NCBI GenBank assembly: GCA_964586205.1
Contig: CAZPIG010000004.1
Location: forward strand, 1 to 44,664
DNA: 44,664 nucleotides
Direction of reading: 5' to 3'
DNA from: an uncultured Halobacteriales archaeon
GTDB lineage: Archaea > Halobacteriota > Halobacteria > Halobacteriales > CAZPIG01
Under the pieces are notes generated by a model, which was given only the letters and a program-made list of their open reading frames with translations, was not told where the DNA came from and did no database searches. Position numbers and translations under genes: made by a program. Shown one piece after another: positions 8,952 through 16,364 of the stretch. Position 1 is the first letter of the stretch. Each line of letters opens with the position of its first letter.

Positions 8952-9010
8952 TCGGCGCAGTCGGAACGCGGTCCGGCGCAGTTGGGAGGCACAACCCGGC
9001 GCAGTTGGGA
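8952..9010 (+). promoter_or_regulatory. three phased repeats in the livH/pgk divergent intergenic region
   Basis: CCGGCGCAGTTGGGA occurs at 8973-8987 and 8996-9010 (perfect copies). A degenerate copy TCGGCGCAGTCGGAA lies at 8952-8966. Start-to-start spacing is 21 and 23 nt. Confidence 0.5.
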
Positions 9011-9044
9011 AATACCTTTCACGGGCCCTGTTGGAGTTCGACGC

Positions 9045-10244
9045 ATGTCCGTCCCGACCCTGAACGACCTCGCCGTCGACGGGGCCACCGTGGGGGTACG
9101 CGTGGACGTCAACAGCCCGCTTTCGCCCTCGGGGGCCATCGCCGACGACGCGCGCCTGCGGGCCCACCTCGAGACGCTGGACGAACTGCTCTCGCGAGGG
9201 GGCCGCGTCGCGGTGCTGGCCCACCAGGGCCGTCCCGCCGGAGAGGAGTTCGCCGGGCTCGCGCCCCACGCCGAGCGCTTCGGGGAGCTGCTCGACCACC
9301 CCGTGAGCCACACGGACGCCCTCTGGTCGGCCGACGCCCGGCGGGCCGTCGACGACCTCGGGGACGGCGAGGCCGTCGTCCTCGAGAACACCCGCTTCTA
9401 CAGCGAGGAGTACGTGGAGTTCGAGCCCGAGCGCGCCGCCGAGACGGCGCTCGTCGAGCGCCTCGCCCCGCACTTCGACGCCTACGTGAACGACGCCTTC
9501 GCGGCGGCCCACCGCTCGCAGCCCTCGCTGGTGGGCTTCCCGGTGGTGCTGCCGGCCTACGCGGGCCGCGTCGTGGAGCGCGAGCTGGCCGAGCTCGGCG
9601 ACGTCGCCGGGACGCCGACGCCGCGGGCGTACGTCCTCGGCGGCGCGAAGGTCGACGACGCCGTCGACGTGGCCCGCTACGCCCTCGAGAACGGCCTCGC
9701 GGACCGCGTGCTGACCGCGGGGCTGGTCGGGAACGTCTTCCTGCTGGCCGACGGCGTCGACCTCGGGGACGCGAGCGCCACCGTCATCGGCGACCGGGGG
9801 TTCGCCGACGCCGTCGGGCGGGCCGCCGACCTGCTGGCCGACCACGGTGACCGCATCTCGCTGCCCGTCGACCTCGCGCTGGACCGCGACGGCGAGCGCG
9901 TCGAGGTCCCCGTCTCGGACCTGCCGCCCGACCCCGACGCGCCCGCGAAGGACGTCGGCGAGCGGACCGTGGCGGCCTACGCCGACGTGCTGGAGGACGC
10001 CGGGACCGCCGTGCTCAACGGCCCGGCCGGGGTGTTCGAGGAGGCGGCGTTCGCCACCGGCACGCGGGACCTGTTCGCGGCGGTGACCCGTGCCGGCCAC
10101 AGCATCGTCGGCGGCGGCGACACGGCGGCGGCCATCCGCCAGTTGGGGATCGAGGGGTTCGACCACGTCAGCACCGGCGGCGGCGCGGCGCTCCGGCTGC
10201 TCAGCGACGGCACGCTGCCGGCGGTCGAGGTGCTCCGGCGGTAG
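9045..10244 (+). CDS. pgk: phosphoglycerate kinase
   Basis: MSVPTLNDL..VRVDVNSP.. and ..VLAHQGRP.. are N-terminal PGK motifs, with ..STGGGAALRLL near the C-terminus. ATG at 9045 in ORF 8856-10244. Confidence 0.95.
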   Translation: MSVPTLNDLAVDGATVGVRVDVNSPLSPSGAIADDARLRAHLETLDELLSRGGRVAVLAHQGRPAGEEFAGLAPHAERFGELLDHPVSHTDALWSADARRAVDDLGDGEAVVLENTRFYSEEYVEFEPERAAETALVERLAPHFDAYVNDAFAAAHRSQPSLVGFPVVLPAYAGRVVERELAELGDVAGTPTPRAYVLGGAKVDDAVDVARYALENGLADRVLTAGLVGNVFLLADGVDLGDASATVIGDRGFADAVGRAADLLADHGDRISLPVDLALDRDGERVEVPVSDLPPDPDAPAKDVGERTVAAYADVLEDAGTAVLNGPAGVFEEAAFATGTRDLFAAVTRAGHSIVGGGDTAAAIRQLGIEGFDHVSTGGGAALRLLSDGTLPAVEVLRR

Positions 10245-10249
10245 CCCCG

Positions 10250-10801
10250 ATGCGCATCGAGCGCCCGGACTTCGACGACGTGGACGCCATCGCCGACCGC
10301 TGGGTGGAACTCGCTCGCGGCCAGCGCGCCCACGGCTCGCGCCTCGCGGCGGACGCCAATCGGACGCGTGCGCGGGAGGCGGTGGCCGGCCACCTCGCCA
10401 CCGACGGCGTGCTGGTGGCGCGGGACGGCGACGACAGGCTCATCGGCTTCGTCACGTACGGGCTGGCCACGGGGGCCTACGAGTCGGACGCGACGCAGGG
10501 GATGGTCCACAACGTCTGGGTCGCGCCGGAGCGGCGCGGGGAGGGCATCGGCGCGGCGTTGCTGTCGCGGGCCGAGGCCGACCTCGCGGAGCGCGGGGCG
10601 GGCGTGGTGGCCCTGGAGGTGCTGGCGGACAACGAGGCGGCGCGGCGGTTCTACCGGCGCGAGGGGTATCGGGAGCACCGGGTGGAGATGGAGAAGCGCG
10701 TGGCCGGCGGGTCGTCGGACCGTGACGAGGAGGCTTCGGAGGATGCGGATTCGTCGGCCGTGGGGTCGGGAGAAAGCGATACTGATTCAAGCGGGGATTG
10801 A
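10250..10801 (+). CDS. GNAT family N-acetyltransferase with acidic Ser/Asp-rich tail
   Basis: ..VWVAPERRGEGIGAALLSRAE..(acetyl-CoA binding Q/RxxGxG/A motif)..NEAARRFYRREGY. Confidence 0.85.
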   Translation: MRIERPDFDDVDAIADRWVELARGQRAHGSRLAADANRTRAREAVAGHLATDGVLVARDGDDRLIGFVTYGLATGAYESDATQGMVHNVWVAPERRGEGIGAALLSRAEADLAERGAGVVALEVLADNEAARRFYRREGYREHRVEMEKRVAGGSSDRDEEASEDADSSAVGSGESDTDSSGD

Positions 10802-10815
10802 CAACTTGGCGGTGG

Positions 10816-10889
10816 GCCAGGGTAGCTTAGTTGGCCAGAGCACTCGATTTGTAATCGAGGGGTCGTGGGTTCGAATCCCACCCCTGGCT
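10816..10889 (+). tRNA. tRNA-Thr: tRNA-Thr (anticodon UGU)
   Basis: Manual cloverleaf: acceptor GCCAGGG/CCCTGGC, D stem GCTT/GAGC, anticodon stem CTCGA/TCGAG with loop TTTGTAA, variable loop GGGTC, T arm GTGGG-TTCGAAT-CCCAC, discriminator T. 74 nt, CCA not encoded. Confidence 0.9.
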
Positions 10890-11046
10890 CCTCTCGGCGC
10901 GAACGGACGTGAGCGCCGTGAGTGCCTTTGGTGGGATTCGAACTAGACGAGACGCAGCCCGCACAACGAGGCGAGCGAAACGAACGGAGTGAGTGAAGCG
11001 AGCCGAGTGAGCAGGACCGTCTCGGCGTAATTCGAATCCCACCCCT
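10890..11046. repeat. mosaic repeat next to the tRNA: GGCGC hairpin module plus a short element bounded by inverted tRNA T-arm copies (copy F)
   Basis: GGCGCGAACGGACGTGAGCGCC (10896-10917) is nearly identical to 44321-44341. GGTGGGATTCGAAC (10930-10943) is the reverse complement of tRNA positions 10869-10882. TTCGAATCCCACCCCT (11031-11046) is a perfect 16-nt direct copy of 10870-10885. The core between them is rich in GCGAGCG, as in the MITE family. Confidence 0.7.
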
Positions 11047-11123
11047 ACTTCGTGTCCGCGCAGTCGAGGAGTTGTCATCACTCCGCCCCAACACCTATTA
11101 CTTTCTATTGCGATCTATTACAC

Positions 11124-11441
11124 GTGCCCATCAGCATCGACCAATTCGACGACGAGCCCGCAGAGGCACTTGACCTCCAGGAGGGAACCCAGCCCTATCG
11201 CATCCTCCAGTTCCTCGCCGAACACGACGACCAGGCGTTCACACAGACCGAGATTCACGAGGCGACGGGCATCAAGCGCGGGAGCGTCGGCGCAGTGCTG
11301 TCGCGACTAGAGGACCGCGGGCTGGTCCGGCATCGGGGTCGGTACTGGGCTATCGCCGAGGACGACCGGCTAGCCTCGTACGCGGCCCAGACCGGGGCCA
11401 GTTCGGAATCGACGAACGACGATTACTACGGAGACGAGTGA
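11124..11441 (+). CDS. winged-helix DNA-binding protein, probable antitoxin/regulator of the downstream PemK/MazF-like gene
   Basis: ..[53 protein letters not shown] is a classic wHTH. The start is uncertain: GTG at 11124 is preferred and the ORF opens at GTG 11052. The stop lies 3 nt before the next ATG. Confidence 0.6.
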   Translation: MPISIDQFDDEPAEALDLQEGTQPYRILQFLAEHDDQAFTQTEIHEATGIKRGSVGAVLSRLEDRGLVRHRGRYWAIAEDDRLASYAAQTGASSESTNDDYYGDE

Positions 11442-11444
11442 CCG

Positions 11445-11774
11445 ATGGCGTACGAGCGCGGCACCGTCGTGAAGGGCCCGGACCTGCTGGCCGACCACGA
11501 CTACCGTCCATACGTCAGTCTCAACGACGACACGCACCCGTTCAGCGACGAGGAAGGGCTCTACGCGGCAGTCACGACGACCCGGCGAGCAGTCGCAATT
11601 CCGTTGACTGACGACGACTTCGTTGCCGGCGGATTACCCCGCGAGAGTTACGTCAACCCTTGGACCATCGTTCCGATTCGGCACGCCGACGTTCGAGACG
11701 AGGAGGGTCGGCTGGTCGATGCGACGACCGAAACAATCGCTCGGGAAGCAGCCGGGTATCTGGGTGTCCGGTAA
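11445..11774 (+). CDS. PemK/MazF-like type II toxin family protein
   Basis: YERGTVVKGPD..RPYVSLNDD..LYAAVTTT..AIPLTDDDFVAGGLPRESYVNPWTIVPI..EGRL follows the SH3-like PemK layout (G-x-V-V, RP-x-V-x-L, hydrophobic-TT, SYV..W). About 60% G+C by eye, lower than the flanks. Confidence 0.6.
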   Translation: MAYERGTVVKGPDLLADHDYRPYVSLNDDTHPFSDEEGLYAAVTTTRRAVAIPLTDDDFVAGGLPRESYVNPWTIVPIRHADVRDEEGRLVDATTETIAREAAGYLGVR

Positions 11775-11854
11775 CAGCTCTTCTACAACTATCCGACGCG
11801 GGGAAAACTGCTACCGAGAAAGGCTGGTTTCACCACGCCATCCTCCCGGAACGG

Positions 11855-12868
11855 TCACTTCCGCCCCTCGGGAACCCCGAGTTCGTCGGCGAGGTCCTCG
11901 AAGATGGACTCCTCGCGGTCCGCGATAGCCCCCACCAGGCTGGCGGCCTCCTCGAACGTCACCGGTCGGGGCTGGTCCTGCTCCAGGACGTCGTCCAGCC
12001 GCTCCACGACCGTCCGCCACTCGTCGGCGACGGCCGCCATCCGGTCGGCGAGGTCGACGGGGAGTCCGGTCCGCTGGCCCAACTCCCCGAGCGCGTCGGC
12101 GTAGAGGCCCCTGTAGGCCGCGCCCTCGCCGTGCTCGTCGACGCTCCGGCGGGCGGCCCGCACCGGCCTGGCCGGGTCGGGGAGGTCCGGCCACGCCCCG
12201 AGATAATCCGCGAACGCCCGCAACGCCGGGAGGCCCTCCTCGCCCGGCCCGCGGGCGTCCCGCTTCACGTGGAGGGGCTCCAGCATGTACGTCGCGGCCT
12301 GCCGGAGGCCAGCCGCGGCCGCGTCGGTTCCGTCCTCGGTCCGGGCCGCCCGGGTCACGACGAGGTACTCGTTGTCCAGCGCCAGGAACCGGTCGTGGGT
12401 CCACGCCTCCGCCAGCGTCGAGCGCGACACCGTCTGTCGACCCTCCATCGCGCCGTCCGACAGTTGCACCGTCCCGTCGTCGTACCCCACCGCGACGGCG
12501 ACGTGCGGCGGGACGTGGCTCTCCGGGAGGTAGTCGAGCGGCTCCGGGTCGAGAAAGAGCACCACCGGGTCGTCGCCGTCGACGCGCTCGGCCACGTTCC
12601 CCCACGCCGTCTCGAAGTCGTCGCCCTCCCGGAACAGGTGGGGAACGCCGAGTCGCTCGAGGAAGGCCCGCTCCAGCCACGCCGGGGTGGTCCGGGCGAC
12701 GACCCACGGCTCGTCGGGGTGCTCGTAGAGGACGAACGCCGGGCCGCCGCCGACGCCGAAGCACGTCGCCTCGCTGTAGTTCCAGTCGTAGTACGCGGTG
12801 AGGTTCCGGAGCGCGGCCGCCCCGCAGTGGACGCCCGGCTGGTGGTTGTAGCCTTCGACGACCTCCAT
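11855..12868 (-). CDS. BtrH_N-like (papain-like fold) plus DUF4872-like protein
   Basis: N-terminus ..GYNHQPGVHCGAAALRNLTAYYDWNYSEATCFGVGGGPAFVLY.. matches my memory of the butirosin BtrH N-terminal domain pattern (HC..., SE..fG.G.G..F.Y). The rest is helical and Ala/Asp/Glu-rich. Confidence 0.55.
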   Translation of the reverse strand: MEVVEGYNHQPGVHCGAAALRNLTAYYDWNYSEATCFGVGGGPAFVLYEHPDEPWVVARTTPAWLERAFLERLGVPHLFREGDDFETAWGNVAERVDGDDPVVLFLDPEPLDYLPESHVPPHVAVAVGYDDGTVQLSDGAMEGRQTVSRSTLAEAWTHDRFLALDNEYLVVTRAARTEDGTDAAAAGLRQAATYMLEPLHVKRDARGPGEEGLPALRAFADYLGAWPDLPDPARPVRAARRSVDEHGEGAAYRGLYADALGELGQRTGLPVDLADRMAAVADEWRTVVERLDDVLEQDQPRPVTFEEAASLVGAIADREESIFEDLADELGVPEGRK

Positions 12869-12916
12869 ACGACCTAGACGGCCCGCGGACAGTTAACTCC
12901 CCGCGAGGGCGGGCGG

Positions 12917-13140
12917 GGCAGTGTTCAGATAAGGCGTCGAAACGGCCCGCACTGTCGCTTGGGCTCGGAAGCCCCGGGCCGTTCGGCTCCCGCGGCTCGC
13001 TGCGCGCTTCGCTCCCTGCGGTCGCTGCAGTGCTTACTTCGCCGGGGTTCGCCGAACGGCCCGCCCCTTCCGGAGTCCCGCCCATGGTGGTTCGGTGGCC
13101 GGCAACAGCCGCCGGCTGGCCAGCTTATCTGAACACTGCC
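12917..13140. mobile_element. MITE-like non-autonomous element, copy B (224 bp) with perfect 17-bp TIRs and 9-bp flanking direct repeats
   Basis: GGCAGTGTTCAGATAAG (12917-12933) is the exact reverse complement of CTTATCTGAACACTGCC (13124-13140). GGCGGGCGG immediately flanks both ends (12908-12916 and 13141-13149). Inner arms are CGGAAGCCCCGGGCCGTTCGG and CCGAACGGCCCGCCCCTTCCGG. No ORF. Confidence 0.8.
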
Positions 13141-13208
13141 GGCGGGCGGCTCCCCGGTTCGTCCCGTCCCGGTGGGCGGTTCGCCGTCGCGAACGAGGCC
13201 GCCGGCGG

Positions 13209-13526
13209 TCACCCGCTCCGGTCCCGCCTCGGTTCGCGTCCGAGCACGCTCGCGACGGACTCGACGCGGTCCTCGGCGTCCTGGTCGCGGTTCCGCAGCT
13301 CGTCGAGCTCCAGGGAGGTGATGACGCGGTCGCCGCCCACCGCGTCGTGTGCCGCCCGGACGGCCTCGAACACCTCGTCTACGTCCTCGGCTTCGACGAC
13401 CGTGTCGGCCGCCGTCAGTTCGTACGAGACGTCGAACTCGTCGAGCGCTTCGACCGCCGCTGCGACGTCCTCCGAGAGGCTCCCGTCGTGGACCGGGATG
13501 ACCTCGAATCTAGCGATGACTGTCAC
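13209..13526 (-). CDS. MTH1187/YkoF-like thiamine-binding family protein (DUF77)
   Basis: (V)TVIARFEVIPVHDGSLSEDVAAAVEALDEFDVSYELTAADTVVEAEDVDEVFEAVRAAHDA..GGDRVITSLELDE. GTG start at 13526 inside ORF 13209-13682. Confidence 0.7.
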   Translation of the reverse strand: MTVIARFEVIPVHDGSLSEDVAAAVEALDEFDVSYELTAADTVVEAEDVDEVFEAVRAAHDAVGGDRVITSLELDELRNRDQDAEDRVESVASVLGREPRRDRSG

Positions 13527-13731
13527 CGTTGACCCCCTCCGTAGCCCCCACTCGGCGTTCTCACGTACGGCGACGAGCGGCATAGTGATTCCGGCGTCTC
13601 CAGCGAGCACTGTTCGGGTCGGGGACAGCGACTCGGCGGTCCGGTACGTAGGTCCCGTGGGGAGAGACCATGGCCACAACACAGCGACTCGTCCGGACGG
13701 GAATCGTCGACCGCTCGGAGGGCCACGACTC

Positions 13732-13971
13732 GTGACCGGGCCTGCACCGTCGAAGCACCGCCTGGAGGGGGCGACCGTCTACGTCCACCGGGCCGACGAC
13801 GCGTCCGGCGCGACGGTCACGCACGTCGACGTCGAGCACCCCGACCTGAACCGCATCGTCGAACCGGGAGAGAGCACGTACGTCGGCGGCAAGGAGGGCG
13901 GCGTGTTCGTCGGCCTGAAGCGCGAGATGATAGCGCGCGCCGAGGCGTACCTCGACGAGCGGGAGGGGTGA
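13732..13971 (+). CDS. small acidic hypothetical protein
   Basis: Tail of the run-on ORF 13030-13971. GTG at 13732. Nearly every codon ends in G/C and the composition is acidic (..VDVEHPDLNRIVEPGESTYVGGKEGGVFVGLKREMIARAEAYLDEREG). The start is uncertain. Confidence 0.35.
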   Translation: MTGPAPSKHRLEGATVYVHRADDASGATVTHVDVEHPDLNRIVEPGESTYVGGKEGGVFVGLKREMIARAEAYLDEREG

Positions 13972-14105
13972 CGGAGCGAGGCTGGGCGTCACCACGTCGT
14001 CCGTCTGCCCAGCACGAACACCAGCAGCGCCATCGGTAGCGCGCCGACGGGAGGGTCCACTGGCGACACGACCGGAGAGCCAATCATGAGAGCATGAGCG
14101 AACAA

Positions 14106-14190
14106 CCGATGGTTGATTCGAACGTAGCTAGAGGCAACTAACGCAACAGCGCGACAAGACCGTCTGCAACGTTGTTCGAATCGCCTTCCT
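14106..14190. repeat. short T-arm-like inverted-repeat element at the left edge of the OLD islet (copy O)
   Basis: GATTCGAAC (14115-14123) and GTTCGAATC (14174-14182) form an inverted repeat. AAGACCGTCTGCAACGTTGTTCGAATCGCC parallels CAGGACCGTCTCGGCGTAATTCGAATCCCACC of copy F (11013-11044). Confidence 0.4.
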
Positions 14191-14371
14191 GGCTGTTCTC
14201 TGGGCATCTCTTACTGGGCAGGCGAAAATCCGGATGTTGGCGCTGAACTAGACAAAAGATATCCGTGCCAAAAAGGGCAGCCAGGGGTTGCCAGACTGTA
14301 GTTTCAGGAATTCAACTGTTGGTTTGTTATTGGCGACTATACTCTCGACGCGAATATTTTAATACACCAAA

Positions 14372-14380
14372 TTTATATAT
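14372..14380 (+). promoter_or_regulatory. TATA-box-like element of the OLD nuclease gene
   Basis: TTTATATAT is centred about 27 nt upstream of the ATG at 14403. Confidence 0.5.
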
Positions 14381-14402
14381 TGGGAGTTATTTGATACAAA
14401 CC

Positions 14403-16364
14403 ATGGCAGATATTGTGAGTGTTAGAATTGAAAATTACAAATCAATCGTTGATACAGAATGGGTTGATATCCACCCTGAAACGACAGTATTAATCGGCCC
14501 AAATGAAGCAGGAAAAACTAACTTTTTAGAAGCCCTCGGAAAATTCCCGCCAGGTAAGACCATCCGCTCAAGAGATTTAAGTGAGTACATTACTGAAGAG
14601 GGTGAACAGACACCGGATTGTAGGATATCGATAGAGGTTGAAGATCTTCAGGTAGACGTAACAGCAAGTATAGGCCAAAGACGGTATAGGGAAATTGCAG
14701 GAGAATTCTCAGGCATTATTCATAAATATAGAGGAGGAACCTATGAGTTCGTTGCAAAAAACGACATATCCCCACTAGCTGACTACCAATCCTCACGGAA
14801 TCAATTCATTGACCGCCTTATTGCAAAGTGGTCAGAAAGATTTAGAGAAACTCCAGATCTCCCAACTATCCCAGGTCGTAGGCTCCAAGCGACAGGTGCG
14901 GATAGGGACACAGATGAAAAATATGAACTTCTTATGAGGACCTTTGAAAACGTTCAGGATACACTGAATCAACAAGAGGAATTGGATGATGATCTGGACC
15001 ATCAACTATCTCAGATTGAAAGTGATTTAACTAAACTTAGAAATATGGAGCCAATCGGCAAAGTGCTCGCCAAACAGGCATTTAACCCCATTTTCTATAG
15101 GGAATTCGACTCTGTTCCGGATCGAGTTGCGTACAGTGATCTCTCCAGCTCCCAAGGGAAATATAGAACTATTTTGAACTTCATTGGTATCCCGCCTGAT
15201 GAACTCCAGGAGATGCCATCACCTGAAAGACGGGAACGTATACAGAGAGGTATTAAGAGATTTGAGGAGATTTTTAATAACTACTGGCCAGGAGACGATA
15301 TTGGATTTAATTTAGACCTAGTCGGCGAGAATATTGAGTTGTTAGTGTCCGATTCATGGGGAACAGAGCAATTCCTATCCCAACGAAGCCAAGGATTCCA
15401 GCATTTTCTATCATTTGTTATAGAATATGTTCAATACAGTGGAATGACCGAAAATATGGTATTGGTTGACGACCCTGATCTGCATCTTCATCCTGAGGCA
15501 CAGAAAGAGTTCCGAGCAGCACTGAATAATATAGCCGAAGAACAACAAATGATATATTCGACACACTCTCCGTACATGGTGGACAAATCCGAACTTAGTA
15601 TGCTGAGACTTGTGGAAAAAGATGATGAATCTAAAGGAACAGAGATTGTCGCCAACTTTTCCTTGTCGGATAGAATTAAAGATGACGTTCTAAGTCCTAT
15701 TAGAGCATCACTGGGAGCCACTTTTGCGGATTCGTTGTTTGCTAGTAAACACACTATTCTCGTGGAAGGATATACTGATAGAGTTTATATAAATAGAATT
15801 GATAAATACATAAAGAAGCAAAATGGGGAGAGCGCCTTAGACTACGATGTCACCATATTAGATGTTGGAAGCGCTTCAAATCTGCTCAAGTATGCTCGGT
15901 TACTTGAATCTGAAGGTTATGAATATGCAATATTCGCCGATACAGATAATGCCGGGAGAAGAGCTGTTGAGAAGATAAAATCCAGTGAAACTGTCTCTGA
16001 AGACAAAATTGTAACACCCTCGGATATTCTTGTGGATGAATATGGAAATGAAGAGGACAAAGAAATTGAAGATCTCTTTGCTCCAGAATTCTATAGCGAA
16101 CAAGTAGCAGATTGTTATAATATAGAGATTGACGAAGTCCATGATGCCCTAAATGGGCCAGAGTCGCCTCCGGAAGAGTCAATAAAGGGCCTTTTTAAGT
16201 GCTTACAGAATAAAGAGGAACGTGAATTAGAACCCTTCGATAAGTCTAATGTTGCCGATGCTATAGATGAAGGAATATATAGTGGGAATGTTAACGTCGA
16301 TGATAATACATTGGGGAACTTCATAGAATTATTCGCCGAATTCAACGATGCGATGAATTCTTAA
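14403..16364 (+). CDS. OLD-family ATP-dependent nuclease (ABC-type ATPase plus C-terminal Toprim), stand-alone
   Basis: Walker A GPNEAGKTNFLEAL, a long helical insertion, Walker B MVLVDDPDLHLHP, H-loop-like YSTHSPYM. Toprim motifs HTILVEGYTDRVY (Glu) and YAIFADTDNAGRRA (DxD). About 32-35% G+C on sampled lines. Confidence 0.85.
   Translation: MADIVSVRIENYKSIVDTEWVDIHPETTVLIGPNEAGKTNFLEALGKFPPGKTIRSRDLSEYITEEGEQTPDCRISIEVEDLQVDVTASIGQRRYREIAGEFSGIIHKYRGGTYEFVAKNDISPLADYQSSRNQFIDRLIAKWSERFRETPDLPTIPGRRLQATGADRDTDEKYELLMRTFENVQDTLNQQEELDDDLDHQLSQIESDLTKLRNMEPIGKVLAKQAFNPIFYREFDSVPDRVAYSDLSSSQGKYRTILNFIGIPPDELQEMPSPERRERIQRGIKRFEEIFNNYWPGDDIGFNLDLVGENIELLVSDSWGTEQFLSQRSQGFQHFLSFVIEYVQYSGMTENMVLVDDPDLHLHPEAQKEFRAALNNIAEEQQMIYSTHSPYMVDKSELSMLRLVEKDDESKGTEIVANFSLSDRIKDDVLSPIRASLGATFADSLFASKHTILVEGYTDRVYINRIDKYIKKQNGESALDYDVTILDVGSASNLLKYARLLESEGYEYAIFADTDNAGRRAVEKIKSSETVSEDKIVTPSDILVDEYGNEEDKEIEDLFAPEFYSEQVADCYNIEIDEVHDALNGPESPPEESIKGLFKCLQNKEERELEPFDKSNVADAIDEGIYSGNVNVDDNTLGNFIELFAEFNDAMNS

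Noticed and set aside
7648-10166. 5' run-on extensions of the ORFs 5653-8994 and 7644-10166, which would make LivM 1113 aa and LivH 840 aa. Similar run-ons occur at 680-2257, 16550-17134, 31318-32202 and 31974-33119.
   Set aside because: The extensions are antisense to pgk or overlap neighbouring genes. They are Arg/Gly-rich nonsense. The conserved protein cores begin at internal ATGs that form 4-nt overlaps or sit behind TATA-like boxes.
10930-11046. A possible second tRNA gene or tRNA pseudogene downstream of tRNA-Thr.
   Set aside because: Only T-arm/acceptor-like 14-16-mers are present, in inverted orientation to each other. No D arm or anticodon arm can be folded, and the interior matches the GCGAGCG-rich repeat family.
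13989-14087. A small minus-strand ORF ending ..GALPMALLVFVLGRRTTW, vaguely like a PGF-CTERM/TM tail, at the edge of the OLD islet.
   Set aside because: It is very short, the PGF motif is absent, and there is no upstream secreted domain. It may be a relic of a disrupted gene, but that cannot be supported.
14403-16364. Gabija (GajA/GajB), PARIS (AriA/AriB) or a retron-associated OLD system.
   Set aside because: No UvrD-like helicase, separate DUF4435/Toprim gene, reverse transcriptase or ncRNA-like repeat is adjacent. The ATPase and Toprim domains are fused in one stand-alone gene.
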